A stretch of 18,923 nucleotides of DNA. Source: Kofleriaceae bacterium (GTDB taxonomy: Bacteria; Myxococcota_A; Polyangia; Haliangiales; Haliangiaceae). The notes below the pieces were generated by a model that had not been told where the DNA came from, made no database searches, and saw only the letters and a program-made list of their open reading frames with translations. Shown here piece after piece: positions 18,857 through 18,923 of the stretch (the first letter of the stretch is position 1; each line of letters starts with the position of its first letter). The DNA lies in assembly GCA_046597055.1 (NCBI GenBank), contig JBKJLC010000046.1:1-18923 (forward strand), written 5' to 3'. The position numbers and the translations under genes are program-made.

Positions 18857-18923
18857 AAGTGGTGGATGGACGCAGGACGCACGGGACGGGCTGTCTCACG
18901 AAAGGCATCTTCGTCGAGCACGG

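Noticed and set aside
17941..18923. Minus-strand ORF entering at the right edge (VLDEDAF..., reminiscent of a BRCT C-terminus)
   Set aside because: Only a few residues look protein-like, and the frame then runs through the repeat cluster and antisense to selD. It cannot be supported without the adjacent window.
18593..18923. tRNA-Sec (selC) downstream of selD
   Set aside because: No cloverleaf, TCA anticodon loop or T-arm/acceptor arrangement is recognisable; the hairpins belong to the repeat family.

Overview
This is a very GC-rich, gene-dense window. Its gene content looks myxobacterial (Myxococcota, possibly Haliangiales/Kofleriaceae-like); that taxonomy is inferred from the protein families, not proven. 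Left to right: a 5'-truncated exported catalase plus an ankyrin gene (katB-ankB type); a Ser/Thr kinase-TPR protein; a minus-strand operon of alpha/beta-hydrolase, glpK and a Cys-rich membrane protein; an FHA-GGDEF diguanylate cyclase; a ~1 kb non-coding region holding an array of palindromic repeats; a minus-strand cluster of a single-POTRA Omp85-like protein, a DUF4390-like protein, an NtrY-like histidine kinase and an AgmC-N-like Gly-rich lipoprotein; a divergent lipoprotein; a zinc-ribbon transmembrane Ser/Thr kinase with a coupled membrane protein; and selD. Four things are not shown by the ORF track. (1) selD has an in-frame UGA (selenocysteine) at its catalytic U-x-x-K motif, followed by a bSECIS-like hairpin. 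(2) The Omp85-DUF4390-histidine kinase genes overlap and have no adjacent response regulator. (3) One structured REP/BIME-like repeat family occurs in two clusters about 10 kb apart. (4) A TAnnnT-N6-8-start (leaderless mRNA) signature precedes five to six genes. No rRNA, tRNA, CRISPR array or transposase was seen.
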